Assembly: GCF_003018235.1 (NCBI RefSeq)
Contig: NZ_CP027437.1
Strand: one strand, 5' to 3'
Origin: Escherichia coli
GTDB lineage: Bacteria > Pseudomonadota > Gammaproteobacteria > Enterobacterales > Enterobacteriaceae
Length of the DNA: 64,000 bases
The notes below the pieces were generated by a model that searched no databases, had not been told where the DNA came from, and saw only the letters and a program-made list of their open reading frames with translations. Both the position numbers and the translations under genes were made by a program. Below are positions 7,283-22,849 of the stretch, piece after piece (position 1 is the stretch's first letter; every line of letters begins with the position of its first letter).

Positions 7283-9856
7283 ATGCGTCTGGATCGTCTT
7301 ACTAATAAATTCCAGCTTGCTCTTGCCGATGCCCAATCACTTGCACTCGGGCACGACAACCAATTCATCGAACCACTTCATTTAATGAGCGCCCTGCTGA
7401 ATCAGGAAGGGGGTTCGGTTAGTCCTTTATTAACATCCGCTGGCATAAATGCTGGCCAGTTGCGCACAGATATCAATCAGGCATTAAATCGTTTACCGCA
7501 GGTTGAAGGTACTGGTGGTGATGTCCAGCCATCACAGGATCTGGTGCGCGTTCTTAATCTTTGCGACAAGCTGGCGCAAAAACGTGGTGATAACTTTATC
7601 TCGTCAGAACTGTTCGTTCTGGCGGCACTTGAGTCTCGCGGCACGCTGGCCGACATCCTGAAAGCAGCAGGGGCGACCACCGCCAACATTACTCAAGCGA
7701 TTGAACAAATGCGTGGAGGTGAAAGCGTGAACGATCAAGGTGCTGAAGACCAACGTCAGGCTTTGAAAAAATATACCATCGACCTTACCGAACGAGCCGA
7801 ACAGGGCAAACTCGATCCGGTGATTGGTCGTGATGAAGAAATTCGCCGTACCATTCAGGTGCTGCAACGTCGTACTAAAAATAACCCAGTACTGATTGGT
7901 GAACCCGGCGTCGGTAAAACTGCCATCGTTGAAGGTCTGGCGCAGCGTATTATCAACGGCGAAGTGCCGGAAGGGTTGAAAGGCCGCCGCGTACTGGCGC
8001 TGGATATGGGCGCGCTGGTGGCTGGGGCGAAATATCGCGGTGAGTTTGAAGAACGTTTAAAAGGCGTGCTTAACGATCTTGCCAAACAGGAAGGCAACGT
8101 CATCCTGTTTATCGACGAATTACATACCATGGTCGGCGCGGGTAAAGCCGATGGCGCAATGGACGCCGGAAACATGCTGAAACCGGCGCTGGCGCGTGGT
8201 GAATTGCACTGCGTAGGTGCCACGACGCTTGACGAATATCGCCAGTACATCGAAAAAGATGCTGCGCTGGAACGTCGTTTCCAGAAAGTGTTTGTTGCCG
8301 AGCCTTCTGTTGAAGATACCATTGCGATTCTGCGTGGCCTGAAAGAACGTTACGAATTGCACCACCATGTGCAAATTACTGACCCGGCAATTGTTGCAGC
8401 GGCGACGTTGTCTCATCGCTACATTGCTGACCGTCAGCTGCCGGATAAAGCCATCGACCTGATCGATGAAGCAGCATCCAGCATTCGTATGCAGATCGAC
8501 TCAAAACCAGAAGAACTCGACCGACTCGATCGTCGTATCATCCAGCTTAAACTGGAACAACAGGCGTTAATGAAAGAGTCTGATGAAGCCAGTAAAAAAC
8601 GCCTGGATATGCTCAACGAAGAACTGAGCGACAAAGAACGTCAGTACTCCGAGTTAGAAGAAGAGTGGAAAGCAGAGAAAGCATCGCTTTCTGGTACACA
8701 GACCATTAAAGCGGAACTGGAACAGGCGAAAATCGCTATTGAACAGGCTCGCCGTGTGGGTGACCTGGCGCGGATGTCTGAACTGCAATACGGCAAAATC
8801 CCGGAACTGGAAAAGCAACTGGAAGCCGCAACGCAGCTCGAAGGCAAAACTATGCGTCTGTTGCGTAATAAAGTGACCGATGCCGAAATTGCTGAAGTGC
8901 TGGCGCGTTGGACGGGGATTCCGGTTTCTCGCATGATGGAAAGCGAGCGCGAAAAACTGCTGCGTATGGAGCAAGAGCTGCACCATCGCGTTATTGGTCA
9001 GAACGAAGCGGTTGATGCGGTATCTAACGCTATTCGTCGTAGCCGTGCGGGGCTGGCGGATCCAAATCGCCCGATTGGTTCATTCCTGTTCCTCGGCCCA
9101 ACGGGTGTGGGGAAAACTGAGCTTTGTAAGGCGCTGGCGAACTTTATGTTTGATAGCGACGAGGCGATGGTCCGTATCGATATGTCCGAGTTTATGGAGA
9201 AACACTCGGTGTCTCGTCTGGTTGGTGCGCCTCCGGGATATGTCGGTTATGAAGAAGGTGGCTACCTGACCGAAGCGGTGCGTCGTCGTCCGTATTCCGT
9301 CATCCTGCTGGATGAAGTGGAAAAAGCGCATCCGGATGTCTTCAACATTCTGTTGCAGGTACTGGATGATGGGCGTCTGACTGACGGGCAGGGGAGAACG
9401 GTCGACTTCCGTAATACGGTTGTCATTATGACCTCTAACCTCGGTTCCGATTTGATTCAGGAACGCTTCGGTGAACTGGATTATGCGCACATGAAAGAGC
9501 TGGTGCTCGGTGTGGTAAGCCATAACTTCCGTCCGGAATTCATTAACCGTATCGATGAAGTGGTGGTCTTCCATCCGCTGGGTGAACAGCACATTGCGTC
9601 GATTGCGCAGATTCAGTTGAAACGTCTGTACAAACGTCTGGAAGAACGTGGTTATGAAATCCACATTTCTGACGAGGCGCTGAAACTGCTGAGCGAGAAC
9701 GGTTACGATCCGGTCTATGGTGCACGTCCTCTGAAACGTGCTATCCAGCAGCAGATCGAAAACCCGCTGGCACAGCAAATACTGTCTGGTGAATTGGTTC
9801 CGGGTAAAGTTATTCGCCTGGAAGTTAATGAAGACCGGATTGTCGCCGTCCAGTAA
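7283..9856 (+). CDS. clpB: Disaggregase chaperone ClpB (AAA+); internal GTG at 7727 (codon 149) is the known start of the short ClpB isoform
   Basis: 857 aa from the ATG at 7283 (GGGAGGAG Shine-Dalgarno); the ORF track begins 4 codons earlier at 7271; two Walker A motifs. Confidence 0.95.
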
Positions 9857-9863
9857 TGATAAA

Positions 9864-9888
9864 ACGAGCCCTTCGGGGCTCGTTTTTG
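9864..9888 (+). terminator. Rho-independent terminator after clpB
   Basis: ACGAGCCC-TTCG-GGGCTCGT hairpin followed by TTTTT. Confidence 0.8.
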
Positions 9889-9970
9889 TCTATAAATTAG
9901 ACGGAAAAGACTATGCTTAAGATGTTTTGCCTGAAAAATGAGCGAACGATAAAGTTTTTATATTTTTTGC

Positions 9971-9998
9971 TTGTCAGGCCGGAATAACTCCCTATAAT
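9971..9998 (+). promoter_or_regulatory. rRNA operon promoter P1 (-35 TTGTCA, 16-bp spacer, -10 TATAAT, GC-rich discriminator) with an AT-rich UP element upstream
   Basis: Classic rrn P1 architecture read directly. Confidence 0.75.
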
Positions 9999-10088
9999 GC
10001 GCCACCACTGACACGGAACAACGGCAAACACGCCGCCGGGTCAGCGGGGTTCTCCTGAGAATCTCAACAGAGTCAAGCAAGAAAATGC

Positions 10089-10116
10089 TTGACTCTGTAG
10101 CGGGAAAGCGTATTAT
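10089..10116 (+). promoter_or_regulatory. rRNA operon promoter P2 (-35 TTGACT, 16-bp spacer, -10 TATTAT)
   Basis: Motif reading. Confidence 0.65.
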
Positions 10117-10297
10117 GCACACCCCGCGCCGCTGAGAAAAAGCGAGGCGGCACTGCTCTTTAACAATTTATCAGACAATCTGTGTGGGCACTCGAAGATA
10201 CGGATTCTTAACGTCGCAAGACGAAAAATGAATACCAAGTCTCAAGAGTGAACACGTAATTCATTACGAAGTTTAATTCTTTGAGCATCAAACTTTT

Positions 10298-11839
<1,542 letters not shown>

Positions 11840-11924
11840 CCTTAAAGAACTGTGCTTTGCAGTGCTCACACAGATTGTCTGATGAAAAGTGAAAAGCAAG
11901 GCGTCTTGCGAAGCAGACTGATAC

Positions 11925-12000
11925 GTCCCCTTCGTCTAGAGGCCCAGGACACCGCCCTTTCACGGCGGTAACAGGGGTTCGAATCCCCTAGGGGACGCCA
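11925..12000 (+). tRNA. gltW: tRNA-Glu (UUC) in the 16S-23S spacer
   Basis: GTCCCCTTCGTCTAGAGG ... GGGGACGCCA, 76 nt ending in CCA. Confidence 0.95.
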
Positions 12001-12193
12001 CTTGCTGGTTTGTGAGTGAAAGTCACCTGCCTTAATATCTCAAAACTCATCTTCGGGTGACGTTTGAGATATTTGCTCTTTAAAAATCTGGATCAAGCTG
12101 AAAATTGAAACACTGAACAACGAAAGTTGTTCGTGAGTCTCTCAAATTTTCGCAACACGATGATGAATCGAAAGAAACATCTTCGGGTTGTGA

Positions 12194-15097
<2,904 letters not shown>

Positions 15098-15189
15098 ACA
15101 ACGCCGAAGCTGTTTTGGCGGATGAGAGAAGATTTTCAGCCTGATACAGATTAAATCAGAACGCAGAAGCGGTCTGATGAAACAGAATT

Positions 15190-15309
15190 TGCCTGGCGGC
15201 CTTAGCGCGGTGGTCCCACCTGACCCCATGCCGAACTCAGAAGTGAAACGCCGTAGCGCCGATGGTAGTGTGGGGTCTCCCCATGCGAGAGTAGGGAACT
15301 GCCAGGCAT
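15190..15309 (+). rRNA. rrfG: 5S ribosomal RNA
   Basis: TGCCTGGCGGC ... GCCAGGCAT; 120 nt. Confidence 0.97.
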
Positions 15310-15324
15310 CAAATTAAGCAGAAG

Positions 15325-15348
15325 GCCATCCTGACGGATGGCTTTTTT
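15325..15348 (+). terminator. rRNA operon terminator T1
   Basis: GCCATCC-TGAC-GGATGGC hairpin followed by TTTTTT. Confidence 0.8.
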
Positions 15349-15367
15349 GCATTGGCGCAGAAAAAAT

Positions 15368-15396
15368 GCCGGATGCGACGCTGGCGCGTCTTATAC
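15368..15396. repeat. Degenerate REP-like element (GCCGGATGCGACGCTGGCGCGTCTTAT)
   Basis: Resembles the REP consensus GCCGGATGCGGCG...CTTATC but lacks the closing half. Confidence 0.35.
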
Positions 15397-15631
15397 TCCC
15401 ACATAAGCTAGATTCAGCAGCGAATACGGCTTCCCAAACTTGCCCACCTCCATACGTGTCCTCCTTACCAGAAATTTATCCTTAAGCTCCTCAATAACCA
15501 TTTTCCTGCTAACTAAATTCATGGTTAAGGTTGCATAATGATGCGCAACAAATGTATAACATTTTCTTTACCAAAAAAATAAACAACAGCGACCGACAAA
15601 AGCATCGGATTACGGCAGGAGATATAATGGC

Positions 15632-16930
15632 ATGGCTGAAAGTACTGTAACGGCAGACAGCAAACTGACAAGTAGTGATACTCGTCGCCGCATTTGGGCA
15701 ATTGTGGGGGCCTCTTCAGGTAATCTGGTCGAGTGGTTCGATTTCTATGTCTACTCGTTCTGTTCACTCTACTTCGCCCACATCTTCTTCCCTTCCGGGA
15801 ACACGACGACTCAACTACTGCAAACAGCAGGTGTTTTTGCTGCGGGATTTCTGATGCGCCCGATAGGCGGTTGGCTATTTGGCCGCATAGCCGATAAACA
15901 TGGTCGCAAAAAATCGATGCTGTTATCGGTGTGTATGATGTGTTTCGGCTCACTGGTTATCGCCTGTTTGCCAGGCTACGAAACAATCGGTACCTGGGCT
16001 CCGGCATTATTGCTTCTTGCTCGTTTATTCCAGGGATTATCCGTTGGCGGAGAATATGGCACCAGCGCCACCTATATGAGTGAAGTTGCCGTTGAAGGGC
16101 GCAAAGGTTTTTACGCATCATTTCAGTATGTGACGTTGATCGGCGGGCAATTGCTAGCTCTACTGGTTGTCGTGGTTTTACAACACACCATGGAAGACGC
16201 TGCACTCAGAGAGTGGGGATGGCGTATTCCTTTCGCGTTAGGAGCTGTGTTAGCTGTTGTGGCGTTGTGGTTACGTCGTCAGTTAGATGAAACTTCACAA
16301 CAAGAAACACGCGCTTTAAAAGAAGCTGGATCTCTGAAAGGATTATGGCGCAATCGCCGTGCATTCATCATGGTTCTCGGTTTTACCGCTGCGGGCTCCC
16401 TTTGTTTCTATACCTTCACCACTTATATGCAGAAGTATCTGGTAAATACTGCGGGAATGCATGCCAACGTGGCGAGTGGCATTATGACTGCCGCATTGTT
16501 TGTATTCATGCTTATTCAACCACTTATTGGCGCGCTGTCGGATAAGATTGGTCGTCGTACCTCAATGTTATGTTTCGGTTCGCTGGCAACCATTTTTACC
16601 GTTCCTATTCTCTCAGCATTGCAGAACGTTTCTTCGCCTTATGCCGCTTTTGGTCTGGTGATGTGCGCCCTGCTGATAGTGAGTTTTTATACTTCAATCA
16701 GTGGAATACTGAAGGCTGAGATGTTCCCGGCACAGGTTCGCGCATTAGGCGTTGGTCTGTCATATGCGGTCGCCAATGCTATATTTGGTGGCTCAGCAGA
16801 GTATGTAGCGTTGTCGCTGAAATCAATAGGAATGGAAACAGCCTTCTTCTGGTATGTGACCTTGATGGCCGTGGTGGCGTTTCTGGTTTCTTTGATGCTA
16901 CATCGCAAAGGGAAGGGGATGCGCCTTTAA
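15632..16930 (+). CDS. kgtP: Alpha-ketoglutarate:proton symporter (MFS)
   Basis: 432 aa, matches KgtP as recalled. Confidence 0.95.
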   Translation: MAESTVTADSKLTSSDTRRRIWAIVGASSGNLVEWFDFYVYSFCSLYFAHIFFPSGNTTTQLLQTAGVFAAGFLMRPIGGWLFGRIADKHGRKKSMLLSVCMMCFGSLVIACLPGYETIGTWAPALLLLARLFQGLSVGGEYGTSATYMSEVAVEGRKGFYASFQYVTLIGGQLLALLVVVVLQHTMEDAALREWGWRIPFALGAVLAVVALWLRRQLDETSQQETRALKEAGSLKGLWRNRRAFIMVLGFTAAGSLCFYTFTTYMQKYLVNTAGMHANVASGIMTAALFVFMLIQPLIGALSDKIGRRTSMLCFGSLATIFTVPILSALQNVSSPYAAFGLVMCALLIVSFYTSISGILKAEMFPAQVRALGVGLSYAVANAIFGGSAEYVALSLKSIGMETAFFWYVTLMAVVAFLVSLMLHRKGKGMRL

Positions 16931-17250
16931 TTATGCGCCAACTGCCAGACGGTATAGCCAGTAGTTGCACCGGCGACATCCCAGGTAAAATCTTTCCAGC
17001 TCCAGCCGCTCCCCTCGGGGCGGCTATCCCAAAGTTCTTTTGACGCGCCCAGCCCAACAGAGAACATCAGCCCGAAAGTGGCACTGCGATCTCGACTCAT
17101 CCCCTGATGCTGTGCATATTCATTTCCGGCGGCGGAAAGCATCGCCGAGGCGATAAAGTGTTGAGCTTTATCCTGCCCGCTCCAGCTATCGTTAGCCATA
17201 TGGCTGCATCCAGAAAGTAACAATAGCGAACAGACAAAAAGAATACGCAA
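16927..17250 (-). CDS. yfiM: Lipoprotein YfiM (DUF2279-like)
   Basis: Lipobox LLSGC; TTG start at 17250 preceded by GGAGG gives 107 aa, while the ORF track extends to another TTG at 17271; 4-nt convergent overlap with kgtP. Confidence 0.75.
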   Translation of the reverse strand: MRILFVCSLLLLSGCSHMANDSWSGQDKAQHFIASAMLSAAGNEYAQHQGMSRDRSATFGLMFSVGLGASKELWDSRPEGSGWSWKDFTWDVAGATTGYTVWQLAHN

Positions 17251-17295
17251 AACGTGGCCTCCAAAAAACAAACCCCGTACAGGACGGGGTTGTGA

Positions 17296-18651
17296 TTACA
17301 GGATGCGGCTAATTAATCGGTCGATGCGGATACGGCGCAAACGACGGATGAGTTTACGAACCTTCACCGGATAATCGGCAATACTTTGCAGATCGCGATA
17401 GTGCTTAACGATGGTGGTATGCTCGCGGATCAGCTCCAGTTCTTTCTCTCGCTGTGGCGCAAGCTCCAGTTGCGGATCGTGGATCAAAATGGCGTTTTCC
17501 AGATCCAGACGCCAGGCGCGCGGGTTCAGGTTATTACCAGTGATCAACATCCACTTATCATCAACCCACATCCCTTTCAGGTGATAGGTGTTGTCGTCAT
17601 CTTTCCATAACCGAACCACTAACTGGTCAGTGTTGACGTAATACTGTAAACGGCTCAGGAAACGACGCAGATTGATCTCATAGAGATAAGGCAATGCGCC
17701 AATTATCTTGAAAGGTTCATCTTCCGGAATGTAGAAGTCATTCGCGGTTTTATCACCAACAATAATTTCGACCTTTTTCCCTTCGCGCAGCAACTGGATG
17801 ATATTGCGCACAAGGATTGCTGGCAGGTTGAAGTATGGCGTACAGATGGTTAGTTTCTGCTCGGCACAAGGCATAAGGTGGAAAATGGTCTTGTTTAACA
17901 GACTCGATTTCCCCAGTCCCACTAGCGGCGTTACGGAAAGCTGATCGTTGTCGGCATCGCCCTGGAAATGATAAGCGGCATCACGCAGCTCCTGGCGGAA
18001 CAGACGAATATCGTTCTTGATTTCCGGGCTTTTTGGCCGATTAACATCATCCAGACGATTAACGCCGCGGCCATTCATAATATTCTGTGTAACCCATTCA
18101 AACATAATGTCTGACATCTTACGGTTACGGATCAGATGATAACGGTCGTAGCGATATTTATCGTGCTGATGCAGGTAAACATCGTTCAGGCTGGCACCGC
18201 TATAAAGTACGCTATCGTCGATGATAAAGCCTTTAAAGTGCAGAACACCAAGGGCTTCACGGGTATTGATTGGAACGCCATAAACCGGAACATCTACGCC
18301 CGGATTTTCCTGCGCCATGCGGCAGTACCAGTCAGCGTTAGTGTTAGATGCCGCAGCGCCAATGCGTCCACGTTGTGCACGATGCCAGTCGACCAGCACC
18401 CGCACATCCAGTTCCGGACGCTGCCTTTTAGCCTCATACAACGCGTTCAGAATGCCTTTGCCACCGTCATCCTGTTCGAGATACAGGGCGACAATGCAAA
18501 TGCGCTGCTTCGCGCTGGCTATTTTTTCCAGCAGCGTCTCCCGGAAGTCGGCGGGAGCGTAAAAGAAATCGACATCATCAACTGATTGAGAAATCTTGGG
18601 TAGTTGGGCAAGGTGTTGTTGATGTTTATTACGCTTAAATTTTGACAACAT
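17296..18651 (-). CDS. pssA: CDP-diacylglycerol-serine O-phosphatidyltransferase (phosphatidylserine synthase, PLD superfamily)
   Basis: 451 aa from the second Met; two HKD motifs. Confidence 0.95.
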   Translation of the reverse strand: MLSKFKRNKHQQHLAQLPKISQSVDDVDFFYAPADFRETLLEKIASAKQRICIVALYLEQDDGGKGILNALYEAKRQRPELDVRVLVDWHRAQRGRIGAAASNTNADWYCRMAQENPGVDVPVYGVPINTREALGVLHFKGFIIDDSVLYSGASLNDVYLHQHDKYRYDRYHLIRNRKMSDIMFEWVTQNIMNGRGVNRLDDVNRPKSPEIKNDIRLFRQELRDAAYHFQGDADNDQLSVTPLVGLGKSSLLNKTIFHLMPCAEQKLTICTPYFNLPAILVRNIIQLLREGKKVEIIVGDKTANDFYIPEDEPFKIIGALPYLYEINLRRFLSRLQYYVNTDQLVVRLWKDDDNTYHLKGMWVDDKWMLITGNNLNPRAWRLDLENAILIHDPQLELAPQREKELELIREHTTIVKHYRDLQSIADYPVKVRKLIRRLRRIRIDRLISRIL

Positions 18652-18764
18652 CACAGTGCATTTCTTCTCTGTTCATTGAAGGGTCCTCTGTGCAATGCAG
18701 ACGACATAAGCGGGCAATAATAACACCAGTCCCGATTAAGTGGTCAACATTTCCAGTACCTTAC

Positions 18765-21425
18765 TCATGATTCCTCGCGCTGGGCAAGATTTAGCGTAAG
18801 CCCAACGATCCCCTCTTCGAGCTGGATATCAACGTTAAACCCGAGCTTGCGGGCCAGCGCCACCATGCCACGATTGTTTGGCATCGTAATACCATTCAGA
18901 CGTTGTAGTCCGTGATCTCGCGTATAGGTAATCAACTTTTCCATTAAGCGTCGACCTAAGCCTAACCCTTTGAGATCCGAGCGAACCAGCACGGCAAATT
19001 CGGCATCGATGTTATCAGGGTCGGAGATCGCACGCGTGACGCCGAGGATCTCTTCCGTTTGTTCAATACGTCGTACTGCTACAAACGCCATTTCCCGATC
19101 GTAGTCGATCTGCGTCATGTTGGCTAAATCTTCATGGGTAAATTCGTTGATCTCGCTAAAGTAGCGGTAATAAAGATCTTCTTTGGTGACTCGCGAAATG
19201 AATTGCTGAAGTTGTGGCTCATCTTCTGGCAAAATCGGGCGGAACAAGCAGCGTTCACCGTTTTTCAATTCTACCCATTCTTCCAGCTGATGCGGATAAG
19301 GGCGCACTGCCAGCCGACTCTCGTTATCGCCTTCAAACGGCGCGATATCCAGCGTGACATCCAGCGCGGTAAATTCACTGCCAGAAGCCAGCAAAGGATG
19401 AATATCCAGACGCTGAATTTCCGGGCAATCGACAATCAAGTTAGAAACCTGCACCAGAAGCTGGCTCAAGCCTGCAACATCTAATGGGCGTAGCGCACTG
19501 CGCGCACGAATCTTTTTACTTTTGATCCCCTGAATAACCAGATAGCGGGCCAGGTTCATGTTCAGCGGCGGTAGTGCGACGACGGCTTGATCTTCAGGAC
19601 GCCACTCCACACCGCCTTCGCCCAGCATGATCAACGGCCCGAAAACCGGATCGTGCTCAACCACAACCCGCAACTCCTGAGCGCCAGCACGGTTAGCCAT
19701 ACTTTGCACCAACAGGCCGTGGATCCGCGCCTGCGGCCAGGCCATTTTTACGCGATCGAAAATAGCGTTTGCCGCTTGCTGGACTTCATTAGCTGTACGC
19801 AGGTAGAGCATTACGCCCTGAACTTCCGATTTATGTGGAATATCCGGCGAACGCAATTTCAGCGCCACCGGATAACCAATCTGTTCGGCAATATGCACCG
19901 CTTCGGTGCTATCGCTGGCAATCCAGGTGGGGAGCGTGTTCATGCCATACGCTTGCAGGATGGGCTGAACTTCATGGGTATCGAGCGACGTAGCCCCTTC
20001 GGCAATCGCCTGTTGCAACAGAAGATGTGCTTCTGCGGTATTGGAGGTCAGATTGCTGGGCAACGCCGGCGTTTCGCGTAGTTGCTTCTGATTACGTCGG
20101 TACTCCACCATATGCATAAAAGCAGTGATGGTTCCTTCCGGCGTGCGATAGGTCGGCAGCCCGGCTTCACTGAATAATCGTCGTGCCTCTTGAGAGGAGT
20201 GCTCGCCGCACCAGTTCGTCAGCAGAGAAACATACTTGCTGCGGGGATGATGCTTTACCGCTTCAATTAATACTTGCGCGCTTTCTGTTGCGGGAGCAGC
20301 GGCGCTGGGCGAATGAATAACCATCAGCGCATCAAAATCCTGGCTGTGGAGCAGAATGTCCAGCGTTTTGACATAATGCTCGCTGCTGGCGTCATCGCGT
20401 AGATCGAGCGGGTTAGAGACTGCCACATGTTCTGGCAGTGCATCGCGCAGTTTCTGGCAGGTTTCTTCGCTTAGTGTTGCCAGCTTGCCATTGCGTGACC
20501 ATAAGGCATCCAGCGCCAGCGCGGCAGGCGCAGCACCGTTGCTGATAATCATCAACCGGTCGCCACGCAGCGGGCGCATATGGCTAAGGGTTTCTACCGC
20601 CGAAAACAGTTCGTGGGTGTCCTGTACCCGCAACAAACCGGCACGCTGAATAGCCGCATCCCACGCCGGATCCATTCCTGCCGTGGTGTTCAACAGACGT
20701 TGAGCCGCCGGGCTACGTCCGCTTTTAATCACCAGAATCGGTTTATTGCGAGAGGCACTACGGGCCGCCGAAACAAAGCGTCGCGCGTCGCTTAACTGTT
20801 CGAGATAGAGCAGGATGGCGCTGGTTTTACTGTCGCGCGCCAGATAGTCGAGCAATTCATCAACGTCGATATCCAGGCTGTCGCCGAGCGCAATAAAGTA
20901 GGAAAAGCCCATCTCACGCTGTTGCGCCCAGTCGAGGATGGTATTGGAGACGGCAGCCGATTGCGAAATAAACGCCAGCTTGCCGCGTTTAATCGGCACA
21001 GGTGAAAAGCTGGCATTTAGACCTTGCCAGGGAGCCAGTAAACCCAGACTGTTTGGTCCTAGCAGGCGCATGTTATGGCGCAGGGCGCAGGCGCGGAGAT
21101 CTTCGTGTTGCGATGCCGGGGCGGAAAGAATAATGCAGGTTTTACAGCCTTTCTCGCCGAGCTCTTCCAGAAGAGCAAGATTACGGCTGGCATTGGTACA
21201 TAAAACCGCAAGGTCGGGTGTAAAGGGCAAGCTGGCAATATCCGGCCAGGCCAACACACCCAACACCGCTTTCCAGGCAGGCGTCACCGGGAGTACCGGT
21301 CCGTTAAAGCCTCCCGCCAGCAGGTTACGCATCATCAGGTAACCTGCGCGATTGGGTTTCATCGATGCGCCAATTACCGCAATCGATTTTGGTCGCAGTA
21401 GTGCTTCCAGTCCTCGCTGACTCAT
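18765..21425 (-). CDS. patZ: Protein lysine acetyltransferase PatZ/Pka (CoA-binding/NDP-forming acyl-CoA synthetase-like domain plus GNAT domain)
   Basis: 886 aa with a C-terminal GNAT motif. Confidence 0.9.
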   Translation of the reverse strand: MSQRGLEALLRPKSIAVIGASMKPNRAGYLMMRNLLAGGFNGPVLPVTPAWKAVLGVLAWPDIASLPFTPDLAVLCTNASRNLALLEELGEKGCKTCIILSAPASQHEDLRACALRHNMRLLGPNSLGLLAPWQGLNASFSPVPIKRGKLAFISQSAAVSNTILDWAQQREMGFSYFIALGDSLDIDVDELLDYLARDSKTSAILLYLEQLSDARRFVSAARSASRNKPILVIKSGRSPAAQRLLNTTAGMDPAWDAAIQRAGLLRVQDTHELFSAVETLSHMRPLRGDRLMIISNGAAPAALALDALWSRNGKLATLSEETCQKLRDALPEHVAVSNPLDLRDDASSEHYVKTLDILLHSQDFDALMVIHSPSAAAPATESAQVLIEAVKHHPRSKYVSLLTNWCGEHSSQEARRLFSEAGLPTYRTPEGTITAFMHMVEYRRNQKQLRETPALPSNLTSNTAEAHLLLQQAIAEGATSLDTHEVQPILQAYGMNTLPTWIASDSTEAVHIAEQIGYPVALKLRSPDIPHKSEVQGVMLYLRTANEVQQAANAIFDRVKMAWPQARIHGLLVQSMANRAGAQELRVVVEHDPVFGPLIMLGEGGVEWRPEDQAVVALPPLNMNLARYLVIQGIKSKKIRARSALRPLDVAGLSQLLVQVSNLIVDCPEIQRLDIHPLLASGSEFTALDVTLDIAPFEGDNESRLAVRPYPHQLEEWVELKNGERCLFRPILPEDEPQLQQFISRVTKEDLYYRYFSEINEFTHEDLANMTQIDYDREMAFVAVRRIEQTEEILGVTRAISDPDNIDAEFAVLVRSDLKGLGLGRRLMEKLITYTRDHGLQRLNGITMPNNRGMVALARKLGFNVDIQLEEGIVGLTLNLAQREES

Positions 21426-21456
21426 ACCGGTCTCCCGCAGAAGTGACCGAATGATT

Positions 21457-22155
21457 TTAAACGCTTTCTAACTGTTCTGCTGTGATGCTACCCAGATGTT
21501 GCGTTTTTCCTGCCAGATAGCGTGTTTTAAAGCGGGTAAAATGCTCGCCTAACCCTGCCGCCGCCCCGGTATCGCCGGCCATATCTAACAGTGCGATGGC
21601 TACCTCGGCAGTACAATATTGGCCTTCAGCCTGGGCTTCACGCAGGCGATAGGCAGAAAGCCGGGAAAGATCGACGGAAATGACGGGAAGATTATCCAGA
21701 TACGGACTTTTACGAAACATCTTGCGAGCTTCAGGCCAGGTACCATCGAGCATGATAAATAGCGGAGGCTTACCGGCAGGTGGTGTGAAGATCACTTCCC
21801 GTTGCTCATCAGCATATGAGGCGGGAAAGACCACCATTGGCTGATAGTCCGGGTTTTGTACCAGATCCAGCAAATCTAGCGAGGGTTCGGTACGCGACCA
21901 TTGAAACGCAACGGTATCAGGCAAAATATCAGCAATCAGACGCCCGGTATTACTGGGCTTCATTGGCTCGGTGTCGAACATCAGCAAACAGAAGCGACTT
22001 TTTGCTTGTGCTGGGGTAATTGTCGAACAGAGACATAATTTCTCTGGCAAAAGACAGCGTTGGCAGCGACGAACGCGATTACCGCGGGCAAGAAAAGGAC
22101 GTGTTGCGCGCGCAATACGCTCGGCGCGTAACTGGAGAACAGCGTTTTCGGTCAT
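21457..22155 (-). CDS. yfiP: DTW-domain protein YfiP (tRNA acp3U aminocarboxypropyltransferase family)
   Basis: 232 aa from the internal Met (MTENAVLQ...); the ORF track extends 17 codons further; DTW motif present. Confidence 0.8.
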   Translation of the reverse strand: MTENAVLQLRAERIARATRPFLARGNRVRRCQRCLLPEKLCLCSTITPAQAKSRFCLLMFDTEPMKPSNTGRLIADILPDTVAFQWSRTEPSLDLLDLVQNPDYQPMVVFPASYADEQREVIFTPPAGKPPLFIMLDGTWPEARKMFRKSPYLDNLPVISVDLSRLSAYRLREAQAEGQYCTAEVAIALLDMAGDTGAAAGLGEHFTRFKTRYLAGKTQHLGSITAEQLESV

Positions 22156-22223
22156 AAGAGAGCGTCGAAAAAACGCCATTGTCGCAGAGGAGAAAACGGG
22201 GCACAAGATGCGCCCCGGTAAGA

Positions 22224-22643
22224 TTAAAGAGATTCGTTCAGCCAGCTATCAAACGGCGCTTTCGGTACTGCGCCATTAAGCATGTCGACAACCTGACCGT
22301 TTTTGAAAATCATGATCGTCGGTATACTACGAATTCCAAAGCGACTGCTCAATTCACGTTCAGCTTCGGTATTCACTTTCACAAAGCGCACTTTACCGCT
22401 ACGCTCTTGCGCGACATCTTCAAAAATTGGTGCGAAATTACGGCAGGGGCCGCACCACGGTGCCCAGAAGTCGATCACCACAGGTAGATCATCTTTCAGC
22501 AATTTGTCGAGCGTTTCACCGGTCGCATTAATCACCTCTCCGTCAAACAAGTCGTGACCGCAGCGTCCGCATTTTGCCGCATCTTCGATCCGATCGTCGG
22601 GAATGCGATTGATGGCCTGACAATGGGTACAAACGGTATTCAT
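22224..22643 (-). CDS. trxC: Thioredoxin 2 (N-terminal zinc-finger CxxC x2, WCGPC active site)
   Basis: 139 aa. Confidence 0.95.
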
Positions 22644-22849
22644 AACTAACCTCGGGATGAGTAAGGAGACTTATCGGCAACGACGCCGGTATGTTTCTAA
22701 TATGTTACATATTATCGGGGACATTGTTCCAGACAACAATCTGTTTTATTCAATAGGTATGATAGTCGCAGGCTTTGGTACGAAATCATGGCGAACCGCG
22801 CGGACTTCGGGTAATCTGCGCGCTTCGCGCAGCGCTGGTGGAGAAAAGC

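Noticed and set aside
9732-9888. Possible sRNA derived from the clpB 3' end (I vaguely recall one annotated in this area in K-12)
   Set aside because: I cannot recall the coordinates or sequence reliably, and the sequence alone shows only the clpB terminator, so no feature is called.
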